Source of the DNA: Octopus sinensis
Lineage: Eukaryota
Length of the DNA stretch: 64,000 nt
NCBI RefSeq assembly: GCF_006345805.1
Contig: NC_043022.1
Span: 20,646,001-20,710,000 of the forward strand
Direction: 5' to 3'
A program made the position numbers and the translations under genes. Positions 26,201 through 37,826 of the stretch are shown here, piece after piece (position 1 is the stretch's first letter; each line of letters starts with the position of its first letter). Below the pieces are notes generated by a model. The model was given only the letters and a program-made list of their open reading frames with translations. It had not been told where the DNA came from and did no database searches.

Positions 26201-28226
26201 GAGCTCTGGTCGCCATAGCGCCTCACTGTTGTCTCGTAGCCGCGGACATTGAGCCCAATGGCGCCCAGAGCGAGCTCTGGTCGCCATAGCGCTCACTGTT
26301 GTCTCGTAGCCGCGGACATTGAGCCCAATGGCGCCCAGAGCGAGCTCTGGTCGCCATAGCGCTCACTGTTGTCTCGTAGCCGCGGACATTGAGCCCAATG
26401 GCGCCCAGAGCGAGCTCTGGTCGCCATAGCGCTCACTGTTGTCTCGTAGCCGCGGACATTGAGCCCAATGGCGCCCAGAGCGAGCTCTGGTCGCCATAGC
26501 GCTCACTGTTGTCTCGTAGCCGCGGACATTGAGCCCAATGGCGCCCAGAGCGAGCTCTGGTCGCCATAGCGCTCACTGTTGTCTCGTAGCCGCGGACATT
26601 GAGCCCAATGGCGCCCAGAGCGAGCTCTGGTCGCCATAGCGCTCACTGTTGTCTCGTAGCCGCGGACATTGAGCCCAATGGCGCCCAGAGCGAGCTCTGG
26701 TCGCCATAGCGCTCACTGTTGTCTCGTAGCCGCGGACATTGAGCCCAATGGCGCCCAGAGCGAGCTCTGTCGCCATAGCGCTCACTGTTGTCTCGTAGCC
26801 GCGGACATTGAGCCCAATGGCGCCCAGAGCGAGCTCTGGTCGCCATAGCGCTCACTGTTGTCTCGTAGCCGCGGACATTGAGCCCAATGGCCCCAGAGCG
26901 AGCTCTGGTCGCCATAGCGCTCACTGTTGTCTCGTAGCCGCGGACATTGAGCCCAATGGCGCCCAGAGCGAGCTCTGGTCGCCATAGCGCTCACTGTTGT
27001 CTCGTAGCCGCGGACATTGAGCCCAATGGCGCCCAGAGCGAGCTCTGGTCGCCATAGCGCTCACTGTTGTCTCGTAGCCGCGGACATTGAGCCCAATGGC
27101 GCCCAGAGCGAGCTCTGGTCGCCATAGCGCTCACTGTTGTCTCGTAGCCGCGGACATTGAGCCAATGGCGCCCAGAGCGAGCTCTGGTCGCCATAGCGCT
27201 CACTGTTGTCTCGTAGCCGCGGACATTGAGCCCAATGGCGCCCAGAGCGAGCTCTGGTCGCCATAGCGCTCACTGTTGTCTCGTAGCCGCGGACATTGAG
27301 CCCAATGGCGCCCAGAGCGAGCTCTGGTCGCCATAGCGCTCACTGTTGTCTCGTAGCCGCGGACATTGAGCCCAATGGCGCCCAGAGCGAGCTCTGGTCG
27401 CCATAGCGCTCACTGTTGTCTCGTAGCCGCGGACATTGAGCCCAATGGCGCCCAGAGCGAGCTCTGGTCGCCATAGCGCTCACTGTTGTCTCGTAGCCGC
27501 GGACATTGAGCCCAATGGCGCCCAGAGCGAGCTCTGGTCGCCATAGCGCTCACTGTTGTCTCGTAGCCGCGGACATTGAGCCCAATGGCGCCCAGAGCGA
27601 GCTCTGGTCGCCATAGCGCTCACTGTTGTCTCGTAGCCGCGGACATTGAGCCCAATGGCGCCAGAGCGAGCTCTGGTCGCCATAGCGCTCACTGTTGTCT
27701 CGTAGCCGCGGACATTGAGCCCAATGGCGCCCAGAGCGAGCTCTGGTCGCCATAGCGCTCACTGTTGTCTCGTAGCCGCGGACATTGAGCCAATGGCGCC
27801 CAGAGCGAGCTCTGGTCGCCATAGCGCTCACTGTTGTCTCGTAGCCGCGGACATTGAGCCCAATGGCGCCCAGAGCGAGCTCTGGTCGCCATAGCGCTCA
27901 CTGTTGTCTCGTAGCCGCGGACATTGAGCCCAATGGCGCCCAGAGCGAGCTCTGGTCGCCATAGCGCTCACTGTTGTCTCGTAGCCGCGGACATTGAGCC
28001 CAATGGCGCCCAGAGCGAGCTCTGGTCGCCATAGCGCTCACTGTTGTCTCGTAGCCGCGGACATTGAGCCCAATGGCGCCCAGAGCGAGCTCTGGTCGCC
28101 ATAGCGCTCACTGTTGTCTCGTAGCCGCGGACATTGAGCCCAATGGCGCCCAGAGCGAGCTCTGGTCGCCATAGCGCTCACTGTTGTCTCGTAGCCGCGG
28201 ACATTGAGCCCAATGGCGCCCAGAGC
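23277..28226. repeat. 70-bp GC-rich tandem satellite, ~71 near-identical copies
   Basis: Unit GCCATAGCGCTCACTGTTGTCTCGTAGCCGCGGACATTGAGCCCAATGGCGCCCAGAGCGAGCTCTGGTC (44/70 GC, 7 CpG). Variation is almost only 1-2 nt indels. Confidence 0.98.
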
Positions 28227-28355
28227 CCAGCTCAACACACTCCTTATACCCTAAGTAAGTCATGTGTAAAATTTGAATGAAATTGGTTGTGTAGTTCTCA
28301 AGTTTTAGGGAAACACACAGACAGATAGACACACATTCTCAGATACATAAGAGAA
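28227..28355 (-). mobile_element. Helitron-like 5' terminal segment abutting the satellite
   Basis: Minus strand reads TCTCTTATGTATCTGAGAATGTGTGTCTATCTGTCTGTGTG...CAACCAATTTCATTCAAATTTTACACATG. This is the same style as the 5' ends of the Helitrons at 4307, 9131 and 43596. Confidence 0.5.
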
Positions 28356-28699
28356 TGAGAATGGGTGATGTTTTGTTTGTTGGACCAATGTATTAAGGTA
28401 GTATTGTTTTATTGTTTTAAAACGAAAGATGCAATGTGTTTGTTTAAAAATAAAAAAGACAAACGTCCGCCAATGGGAACAGTTCATATTCGATTAGAGA
28501 GCACTCTGGTATAATCATAAAAGTGAAAAATGGAATTTTTAGGCAAATCAAACAGTGAAAAAACAAAACATTAAAAAATATAATATAAAAATATAAAATT
28601 GATAAATTTAAATTAAATGAAAATAAAAATTATTAAATTATATTTATAATTTGTTTAAAATATATATAACTATGAAAAAGTATGAAAAAGTTTAATATA

Positions 28700-28845
28700 C
28701 ATAAATACAGATATATACACTTTGTATATATACATTATATATACATATTTATATATAGAACACACACACACATACATTATATATACATATTTATATTAGA
28801 ACACACACACACACACATACATTATATATACATATTTATATATAG

Positions 28846-28877
<32 letters not shown>

Positions 28878-29175
28878 ACACACACACACACCCTACATTA
28901 TATATACATATTTATATATAGAACACACACACACAACACACACACACACACACATACATATATACACTATTTATATAGAACACACACACACACATACATT
29001 ATATATACATATTTTATATAGAACACACCACATACATTATATATACATATTTATATATAGAACACACACACACACACACATACATTATATATACATATTT
29101 ATATATAGAACACACACACACACACACATACATTATATATACATATTTATATATAGAACACACACACACACACAT
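28700..29175. repeat. Compound minisatellite (catacattatatatacatatttatatatagaa + (CA)n)
   Basis: About nine units are directly visible. Confidence 0.85.
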
Positions 29176-30473
29176 GAACGCAAGAATATCTGATTCATAA
29201 TATTTGTTCTCATGCTCGTGTGTTGTTGGTGACAGACAGATACGTAAAAGAACGTCGATGTAATGGGAAGGTAAGAAACAGAGTGAGTGAAAAAGAGAGG
29301 AAATAGCGAGAGTGACAGATACTTTAAATAACGGTAGTGGAACTATCAAAGTTATATATGAAGGGGAGTGAGAGGGTACTGGAGGAAATAGCGTGAGTGA
29401 GGAAGATGGCTCCTAGCAACCACACCTTTTAAGATAGGGATTTCTAAGGTAGCCCACGAGCTTCGTCACCTATTTCTACATGTCCCTGTAAATTTTGGAG
29501 CGAATCGGACGGGACGTAGTGGCATTGAAAGCGATCCAAGCGGTATATATATATATATAATATTATATATATATATATATATATATAAGCTGAAGTTGTC
29601 TGGATATATGTATGTGTATGTGTGTGTGTGTGTGTATACGTATGTATGTGTAGAGACCTCTTTTGGCTCCACCTGAGTTTTGAAACTGAATGGGTAAATT
29701 TCCCCCTAACTATAGAGCCTTATTGTTCTGTTGAGGAACAATGTTGTTTTATTCAACCGATGGCCTTCCCAACATTTGATTGATGTATTTTCCTCTTGAC
29801 CCATAACCCTTCTAGTTTGTAAAGGGTTTAAATAAATAATATAAGGGATCTTTACCCTTTCAACGGCAGATCGAGAAATATATTTTTTGTAACTAAACAC
29901 TTTCAACCTTCGGACACTAACCCTAACCCTAATGTGTCATATAAAGCATATTTAACTTTTAATGTTACTCTTGACCGCGGCCATGCTGGAGCATCGCCTT
30001 TAATCGAGCAACTCGACCCCGGGACTTATTCTTTTTGTAAGCCCAGTACTTATTCTATCCTTAACCAATCATATTTTCTGTTTTCATTTGAAATTATTAG
30101 CTGCATAGTGTTAATGTGACGTAGATAGCTATTTTGTGAGTGGGTAAGCAGTAAGCAAACAGCTGTGGTAGATGTGGTTATCATGGCAGTGGTGGTGGTG
30201 GTGACAGTGGATGTGTATGATGGCAGCAATTATAGTGTTGGTGTTCTTGTAGAGGTGGTGGTGGTGGTGGTGGCAGCAGTGGATGATAATGATAATGATG
30301 ATGATAGTAGTAGTAACATTGATTATGTTAGGATGTCTCATGGATGGTAGTGTTGGTGTGTGTGTGTGTGTATGTATGGATCAAAACAGTTTGATCCAAA
30401 TTCTGTGGTACTTATATATTCATACATACATATACATGTAGATGTATATAACATATATTTATTGTATGTAAAC

Positions 30474-30505
<32 letters not shown>

Positions 30506-31002
30506 ATGTATGCATCTATAATACACACACATTATAAATATATACATATATTCATATGCATTAGAATATGTGTGATAGGTGTATATGTATATGTATATAT
30601 ATATATATATAATATATATATATATATATGCATATGTTTGTATACATGTGTGTGTAGCTATTTAGGATCTACACAAATTTTATATATACTCCACGAAGTT
30701 TATGATAAGCGGAGATGTTACATTTTAGTTAGCTATTTACATGTTTACGTTAACTACGTCACAAAATAGCTGTTTACGTCACAGTAACAATATTTTGAGA
30801 GGCAGTAAATAATATGAGGTCGAAAGAAAGAATACCATTGGTTAAAATTCGAATTATTAAACAACGTTAAACTTAGAAATTACAATTCCGTTTTCATTTT
30901 GGTTTACAATTATGTTTTCTTTTGACACATTCTACCAGTATACGAAGTTTCAAATTGTTTAGTTAACTAGGAAAATCTGGCTTTCAAAAACAAAAGATCC
31001 AT

Positions 31003-31152
31003 ATATTCTTTTATTTGTTTCAGTCATTTGTCTGTGGCCATGCTGGAGCACCACCTTTAGTTGAACAAATCGACCCAAGGACTTATTCTTTATAAGCTTA
31101 GCACTTATTATATCATTCTCTTTTGCTGAACTGCAAGTTACAGGAATGTAGT

Positions 31153-31201
<49 letters not shown>

Positions 31202-31603
31202 ACAAAATTAGAAATGGAGAAACATACTTAAATCAATAAAACACTCAACTATCAGATGATACCCAATCAATACTTTATTACACCATTACATTCAGTAAAA
31301 GCATTATACAAAATATAAAGTAAATATAAATAGACAAGGAAATAGAAATATAAAATATAATATGTAATTATATCGTATCTGACAGCTGTTTCGGCAGTAA
31401 GGGCAGTCATACCCTCATTTAACCTATAAGCCATAAAGGCAGGTATAAATGAGGCATTAACAAGGATGCCCCACGGCCTCTTCAGAGAATTTAATTTGTT
31501 ATAATTGTTAAATGGGCTTCTTTCACTTTCTGTGTACTAAATTGACTCACAAGGACTGAACCATGTGGTTGGTAAGCAAGCTACTTACCACACACCCACT
31601 CCT
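31003..31603 (-). mobile_element. SINE family A interrupted by a Penelope-like insert (~31150-31510)
   Basis: SINE tail and body at 31003-31150. The SINE resumes at 31513 (gggcttcttt...) and runs to the head at ~31603. Confidence 0.65.
31378..31488 (-). ncRNA. Hammerhead ribozyme with canonical core and extended stem II
   Basis: Minus strand: tct-CTGAAGA-ggccgtggggca...tgcccttactgcc-GAAA-cagct-GTC-aga. Palindromic ACAGCTGT stem III, 3-bp stem I, inner hairpin CCTCATTTA/TAAATGAGG. Confidence 0.8.
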
Positions 31604-31822
31604 ATATGTACATATATATATATATTATTATTATTATTCAATAACTCTTAGTGGTTAGGGTGTTGAACTCATGATCATAAGATTGTGGTTTCAATCCCTG
31701 GACTGGGTGAAGCATTATGTTCTTCAGCAAAACACTTCATTTCCCATTACTCCAGTCTACTCAGCAGGTAAAAAGGAGTAATAATATGATGGACTGGCAT
31801 CCCATCCAGGTGGAGTGTATAT

Positions 31823-32230
31823 ACTCTTTACTCTCTTTTACTCTTTAACTTGTTTCAGTCATTTGACTGCGGCCATGCTGGAGCACCGCCTTTAGTCGAC
31901 CAATCGACCCCGGGACTTATTCTTTGTAAGCCCAGTACTTATTGTATCGGCCTCTTTTGCCGAACCGCTAAGTGACGGGGACGTAACACACCAGCATCGG
32001 TTGTCAAGCAATGCTAAGGGGGACAAACACAGACACACAAACACACACACATACATATATAATAATATACATATATACGACAGGCTTCTTTCAGTTTCCG
32101 TCTACCAAATCCACTCACAAGGCATTGGTCGGCCCGGGACTATAGCAGAAGACATTTGCCCAAGATGCCACGCAGTGGGACTGAACCCGGAACCATGTGG
32201 TTGGTTAGCAAGCTACTTACCACACAGCCA
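31823..32230 (-). mobile_element. SINE family A (near full-length)
   Basis: Collinear with 1255-1664. Confidence 0.85.
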
Positions 32231-32384
32231 TATATGCCATGGAGACTAGGAAACCAGCCTTTATGAGTTTATATCACTCGGGAAAGAACTTTACTTTTTT
32301 TATTCTTACTACTCTGACCTGAAGTAGCAGCACTTGCTTGGGTCCCAGTTATGGGTCGCTTATCATATGTATATATTCATGGAA

Positions 32385-32690
32385 GGAATCACATGGCCTA
32401 GTGGTTAGAGCAGCAGACTTGTGGTTGAAGGATCACGGGTTTGAATCTCAGACTGGGCAATGTGTGTGATTATGAGCGAAACACCTAAGCTCCACATAGC
32501 TCCGGCAGAAGGTAATGGCGAACCTCTGCTGACTCTTTCGCCACAACTTTCTCTCACTCTTTCTCCTGCATCTTGCAGCTCACCTGCGACAGACCGGCGT
32601 CCTGTCCAGGTGGGGAACCTATAAGCCAAGGAAACCAGGAAACCGGCCCTATGAACCAGGCATGGCTCAAGAAGGAACAAACAAAGCAAA
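32385..32690 (+). mobile_element. tRNA-derived SINE, family D
   Basis: TGGCCTAGTGGTTAG A box and GGTTTGAATCTC B box. Body CCACAACTTTCTCTCACTCTT is shared with 57730-58022, 59197-59584 and 62520-62862. (AAAC)n tail. Confidence 0.75.
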
Positions 32691-32970
32691 CATATCCATG
32701 GAAACCAAGAAACCAGCCATTGTGAGTCAGCATGACTTGAGAAGATAACTTTACCTTCACCTTATGTATTACAACCTGATTTCATTCAGGGCCACATTTC
32801 AATGATGAGGAATTTTGCCCTAGAGGCCACGCCTTTCAAAGCAAACTCAGAGTTACCATGCAAACTCCCCAGTACTTTTAACATTTTCAGGTCAATCCAA
32901 CCACATTTACTAATAGTTTTGCCTGCACAATTGCTTGTGAGACAATGTTCGCCCTTTTCACAAATATATA

Positions 32971-33602
32971 TATTTCTTTACTACCCACAAGGGGCTCAAC
33001 ACATAGGGGACAAACAAGGACAGACAAACTGATTAAGTCGATTACATTGACCTCAGTGTGTAAATGGCATTTAATTTATCGACCCTGAAAGGATGAAAGG
33101 CAAAGTCGACCTCGGCGGAATTTGAACTCAGAACGTATCGGCAGACGAAATACATATTTCTTTACTACCCACAAGGGGCTCAACACACAGGGGACAAACA
33201 AGGACAGACAAACTGATTAAGTCGATTACATCGACCCCAGTCTGTAAATTGTACTTAATTTATCGACCCCAAAAGGATGAAAGGCAAAGTCGACCTTGGC
33301 GGAATTTGAACTCGGAACGTAACGGCAGACGAAATACATATTTCTTTACTACCCACAAGGGGCTCGACACATAGGGGACAAACAAGGACAGACAAACGGA
33401 TTAAGTCGATTACCACGACCCCAGTCTGTAAATTGTACTTAATTTATCGACCCCGAAAGGATGAAAGGCAAAGTCGACCTCGGCGGAATTTGAACTCAGA
33501 ACGTAACGGCAGACGAAATACGGCTACACATTTTGCCCAGCGTGCTAACGTTTCTGACAGCTCGCCGCCTTTCTGCCAGCTCGCCACCTTTCTGCCAGCT
33601 CG
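32971..33602 (-). mobile_element. SINE family B trimer (184-bp period) with 18-bp TSD
   Basis: Units start at 32971, 33155 and 33339. Flanks CCTTTTCACAAATATATA at 32953-32970 and 33603-33620. Confidence 0.8.
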
Positions 33603-34164
33603 CCTTTTCACAAATATATAGTAGAATTGGTCTGGTACATTATATGTCCTCACAAATGAAAATTGCTATGAAACCCAACACTTCTGAGCATTTCCTTTTC
33701 TTATCTTTCAAATGATGTATCTATTAATAGAGTTCGATATTATTGCTGTATTAATCGTATAAAGATTATTGCTAATGACATCATTCAAACCTAGCAGCAC
33801 TAACATCTTGATACGATATCAATGTCAGGACTCCTGCCTGCAATAAATCAGCTATCACACACACGCACATATGTGCAGGCACACACAAACACACGCACAT
33901 ATGCATGCACACACAGACACATACACACACACACACACACAAACACGCACATACAATGCAGGCACACACAAACACACGCACATATGCATGCACACACAAA
34001 CACATACACACACACACACACACACAAACACGCACATACATGCAGGCACACACAAACACACGCACATATGCATGCACACACAGACACATACACACACACA
34101 CACACAAACACGCACATACATGCAGGCACACACAAACACACGCACATATCTCTCTTTCTTTCTC

Positions 34165-34367
34165 TCTTTTACTTGTTTCAGTCATTTGACTGTGGCCATG
34201 CTGGAGCACCCGCCTTTAATCGAGCAACTCGACCCCGGGACTTATTCTTTTGTAAGCCCAGTACTTATTCTGTCGGTCTCTTTTTGCCGAACCGCTAATT
34301 AACGAGGACATAAACACACCAGCATCAGTTGTCAAGCAATGCTAGGGGGACAAACACAGACACACAA

Positions 34368-34441
<74 letters not shown>

Positions 34442-34600
34442 GGGCTTCTTTCAGTTTCCGTCTACCAAATCCACTCACAAGGCTTTGGTCGGCCCGAGGC
34501 TATAGTAGAAGACACTTGCCCAAGTGCCACTCAGTGGGACTGAACCCGGAACCATGTGGTTGGTAAGCAAGCTACTTACCACACATCCACTCCTGCGCCT
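34165..34600 (-). mobile_element. SINE family A (full-length), followed by a partial copy at 34645-34815
   Basis: Collinear with 1255-1664. Confidence 0.85.
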
Positions 34601-34943
34601 ATGCATGCACATACAGACACATACACTCACAAACACACACCAATATTCTTTACTCTTTTACTTGTTTCAGTCATTTGACTGTGGCCATGCTGGAGCACCG
34701 CCTTTAGTCGAGCAAGCCTAGTACTTATTCTATCAGTCTCTTTTGCCAAGCCGCTAGGTCACGGGGACATAAACACACTGCCACTGCCATCGGTTGTCAA
34801 GCGATGTTGGAGGGGGGGATCACAGAACCACAAATATATATATGTATATATGGTGATCCTTCGGTATAAGTACACACTTGACTTTGTTTACATTTCTGAA
34901 GATAACAGAAACCCTTTTCTCCCACCCCTAACCCTAACACAAA

Positions 34944-35627
34944 CCCTAACCCTAGTATATACGACGAGCTTTTTTCAATTTCTTGGTCGGCCCGAGGCTA
35001 TAGTAGAAGACACTTGCCCAAAGTACCACGCAGTAGGACTGAACCCGGAACCGTGTGGTTGAAAAGTTTTCGTTTCGACTCAGAAAGTCCGGTGGGCCGC
35101 AAAATTATCCACAAGCGTTGTACATTTAATCATTTAACCATCGATCTAACCGTAACCCTAACCCTAGTATATACGACGAGTTTCTTTCAGTTTCTGTCTA
35201 CCAAATCCACTCACAAGGCTTTGGTCGGCCCGAGGCTATAGTAGAAGACACTTGCCCAACGTACCACGCAGTAGGACTGAACCCGGAACCGTGTGGTTGA
35301 AAAGTTTTCGTTTCGACTCAGAAAGTCCCCTGGGCCGCGAAATTATCCACAAGCGTTGTACATTTAATCATTTAACCATCGATCTAACCGTAACCCTAAC
35401 CCTAGTATATACGACGAGTTTCTTTCAGTTTCTGTCTACCAAATCCACTCACAAGGCTTTGGTCGGCCCGAGGCTATAGTAGAAGACACTTGCCCAAGGT
35501 ACCACGCAGTAGGACTGAACCCGGAACCGTGTGGTTGAAAAGTTTTCGTTTCGACTCAGAAAGTCCGGTGGGCCGCAAAATTATCCACAAGCGTTGTACG
35601 TTTAATCATTTAGCCATCGATCTAACT
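34944..35627. repeat. 238-bp tandem repeat (~2.9 copies), chimera of a SINE A segment and a CCCTAA-containing segment
   Basis: ORFs at 35014 and 35252 are near-identical with an offset of 238. Confidence 0.85.
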
Positions 35628-36199
35628 TTAACGATCAAACAAACAATAATGTCTTTATAGCGTGTCTAAGCTGGTCGGAAATTCTTTGCAGAAGTACCTA
35701 TAAAATAGTCGTCACCGTTATCAGAGTCTTCTTGTTTATTATTATTGTGTGTGTGTGTGTGTGTGTGCCATATCTAACTCGATTTCTCCTCCCACACATT
35801 ATCAGTTCCCATTGTCAGCTGATGTTCACTCCTCTTCTATAGTAGGTGTTTTGTTTCTAATTCTATATTTTCTACCGTTTTTCAACGTTTGTTCTAAAAA
35901 ACAGAGCAATTGTTTTTCTTTAATTAATTAATCATTATACGCAGTATAATTGATATTTTCTGTCAAGCTGTTGTAACTCTTACATGTCTCTTCTTTTGTA
36001 TATATTGACGAACCATATGTCTATTTTTGTATGATTAGCTTTAACATCTGTGTATAATATAAAGTATGTAGTTGTATATATATATGTACGTGTATATAAT
36101 ATATAGTTGTGTATAACAATGTGTGTATTTATGTATAATGTTTACTTGTGTACATGTACGCACATTGTATACTTATGAATATGTACGCATAATGTATAC

Positions 36200-37560
36200 T
36201 TATGAATATGTATATAATTTATACTGGTATATATGTATGTGTATATAATTTATACTGGTATATATGTATGATATATACTTGTGAATATTTGTGTGTATAA
36301 TGTATACATGTGTATATGTATGCGTGTATAATGTATATGTGTGTATAATGTGTACTTGTGTATAATGTATATTTGTGTATAATGTGTACCTGTGTATATG
36401 TATGTGTGTATAATATATACTTGTGTATATGTATGTGTGTATAATATATACTTGTGTATATGTATGTGTGTATAATGTGTACTTGTGTATAATGTATACT
36501 TGTATATATGTATGTGTATATAATTTATACTGGTATATATGTATGTGTATATAATTTATACTGGTATATATGTATGTGTATATAATTTATACTGGTATAT
36601 ATGTATGATATATACTTGTGTATATGTATGTGTGTATAATATATACTTGTGTATATGTATGCGTGTATATGTGTGTGTGTGTATAATGTATTATTGTGTA
36701 TATGTATGTGTGCATAATATATACTTGTGTATATGTATGTGTGTATAATGTAGACTTGTGTATATGTATGTGTGTATAATGTAGACTTGTGTATATGTAT
36801 GTGTGTATAATGTAGACTTGTGTATATGTATGTGTGTATAATGTAGACTTGTGTATATGTATGTGTGTATAATATATACCTGTGTATATGTATGTGTGTA
36901 TAATATATACTTGTGTATATGTATGTGTGTATAATGTATACTTGTGTATATGTATGTGTGCATAATATATACTTGTGTATATGTACGTGTGTATAATATA
37001 TACTTGTGTATATGTATGTGTGTATAATGTAGACTTGTGTATATGTACGTGTGTATAATACATACTTGTGTATATGTACGTGTGTATAATACATACTTGT
37101 GTATATGTACGTGTGTATAATACATACTTGTGTATATGTACGTGTGTATAATACATACTTGTGTATAATATATACTTGTGTATATGTATGTGTGTATAAT
37201 ATATATTTGTGTATACGTATGTGTGTATAATATATACTTGTGTATATGTATGTGTGTATAATGTATACTTGTGTATATGTATGTGTGCATAATATATACT
37301 TGTGTATATGTATGTGTGTATAATGTATACTTGTGTATATGTATGTGTGTATAATATATACTTGTGTATATGTATGTGTGCATAATATATACTTGTGTAT
37401 ATGTATGTGTGTATAATATATACTTGTGTATATGTATGTGTGTATAATATATACTTGTGTATATGTGTGTGCATAATGTATACTTGTATATACGTATGTA
37501 TGTAACATATACCTTATGTATACAGTATTTGTGTATAACGTATACTTGTATATATGTATG
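36200..37560. repeat. ~32-bp minisatellite (tgtgtatatgtatgtgtgtataatatatactt)n
   Basis: Directly visible. It is the source of the long HTYIYT-type pseudo-ORFs. Confidence 0.92.
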
Positions 37561-37788
37561 TGTTATGTATATGCATTTAATGTATCTTGTATGTACATAG
37601 GTATAAAGATTACTTATTCTATCTACTTGTATTTAATTATGCTTCATGGTAATTAGTAAGGTCCGGCGGATCACTGGCACTCATCTTTGAGTGTAACGAT
37701 TCCCATTTTGCCGAAACAGCCGTTTACTAATTGAAGTGATTACGTAACTGTTATTTTGTCATTCATTTGTTAATACGTGTGTGATAGG

Positions 37789-37826
<38 letters not shown>

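Larger units (their letters stand above)
3126..31000. mobile_element. Giant (27,875 bp) TIR element, Merlin-like, no transposase detected, with many nested insertions
   Basis: Left end GGATCTTTTCAGTTTGAAGGCCAGATTTTCCTAGTTAACTAAAC... (3126-~3430) is the inverted copy of the right end ...GTTTAGTTAACTAGGAAAATCTGGCTTTCAAAAACAAAAGATCC (~30700-31000). Identical 8-bp flanks ATATATTC at 3118-3125 and 31001-31008. A second internal inverted pair lies at 4035-4225 / 30165-30355. Confidence 0.7.

Noticed and set aside
23277-28226. CRISPR-like array or repetitive protein
   Set aside because: Units are contiguous and identical with no unique spacers, there are no cas genes and the context is eukaryotic. 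ORFs depend on scattered indels.
3430-30700. Merlin/IS1595 transposase inside the giant element
   Set aside because: No VEIDE/WVFG/SDxW/VNH-like motifs found in the ORF track or by eye. A decayed or spliced copy cannot be excluded without TBLASTN.
36525-37508. 327-aa His/Thr/Tyr-rich ORF and similar ORFs at 33781-34302, 53859-54443 and 61162-61729
   Set aside because: Mini- and microsatellite translations.
37655-37732. TTAGTAA...GCCGAAACAGCCGTTTACTAA hammerhead-like topology
   Set aside because: The CUGANGA core is missing. At best a dead remnant.
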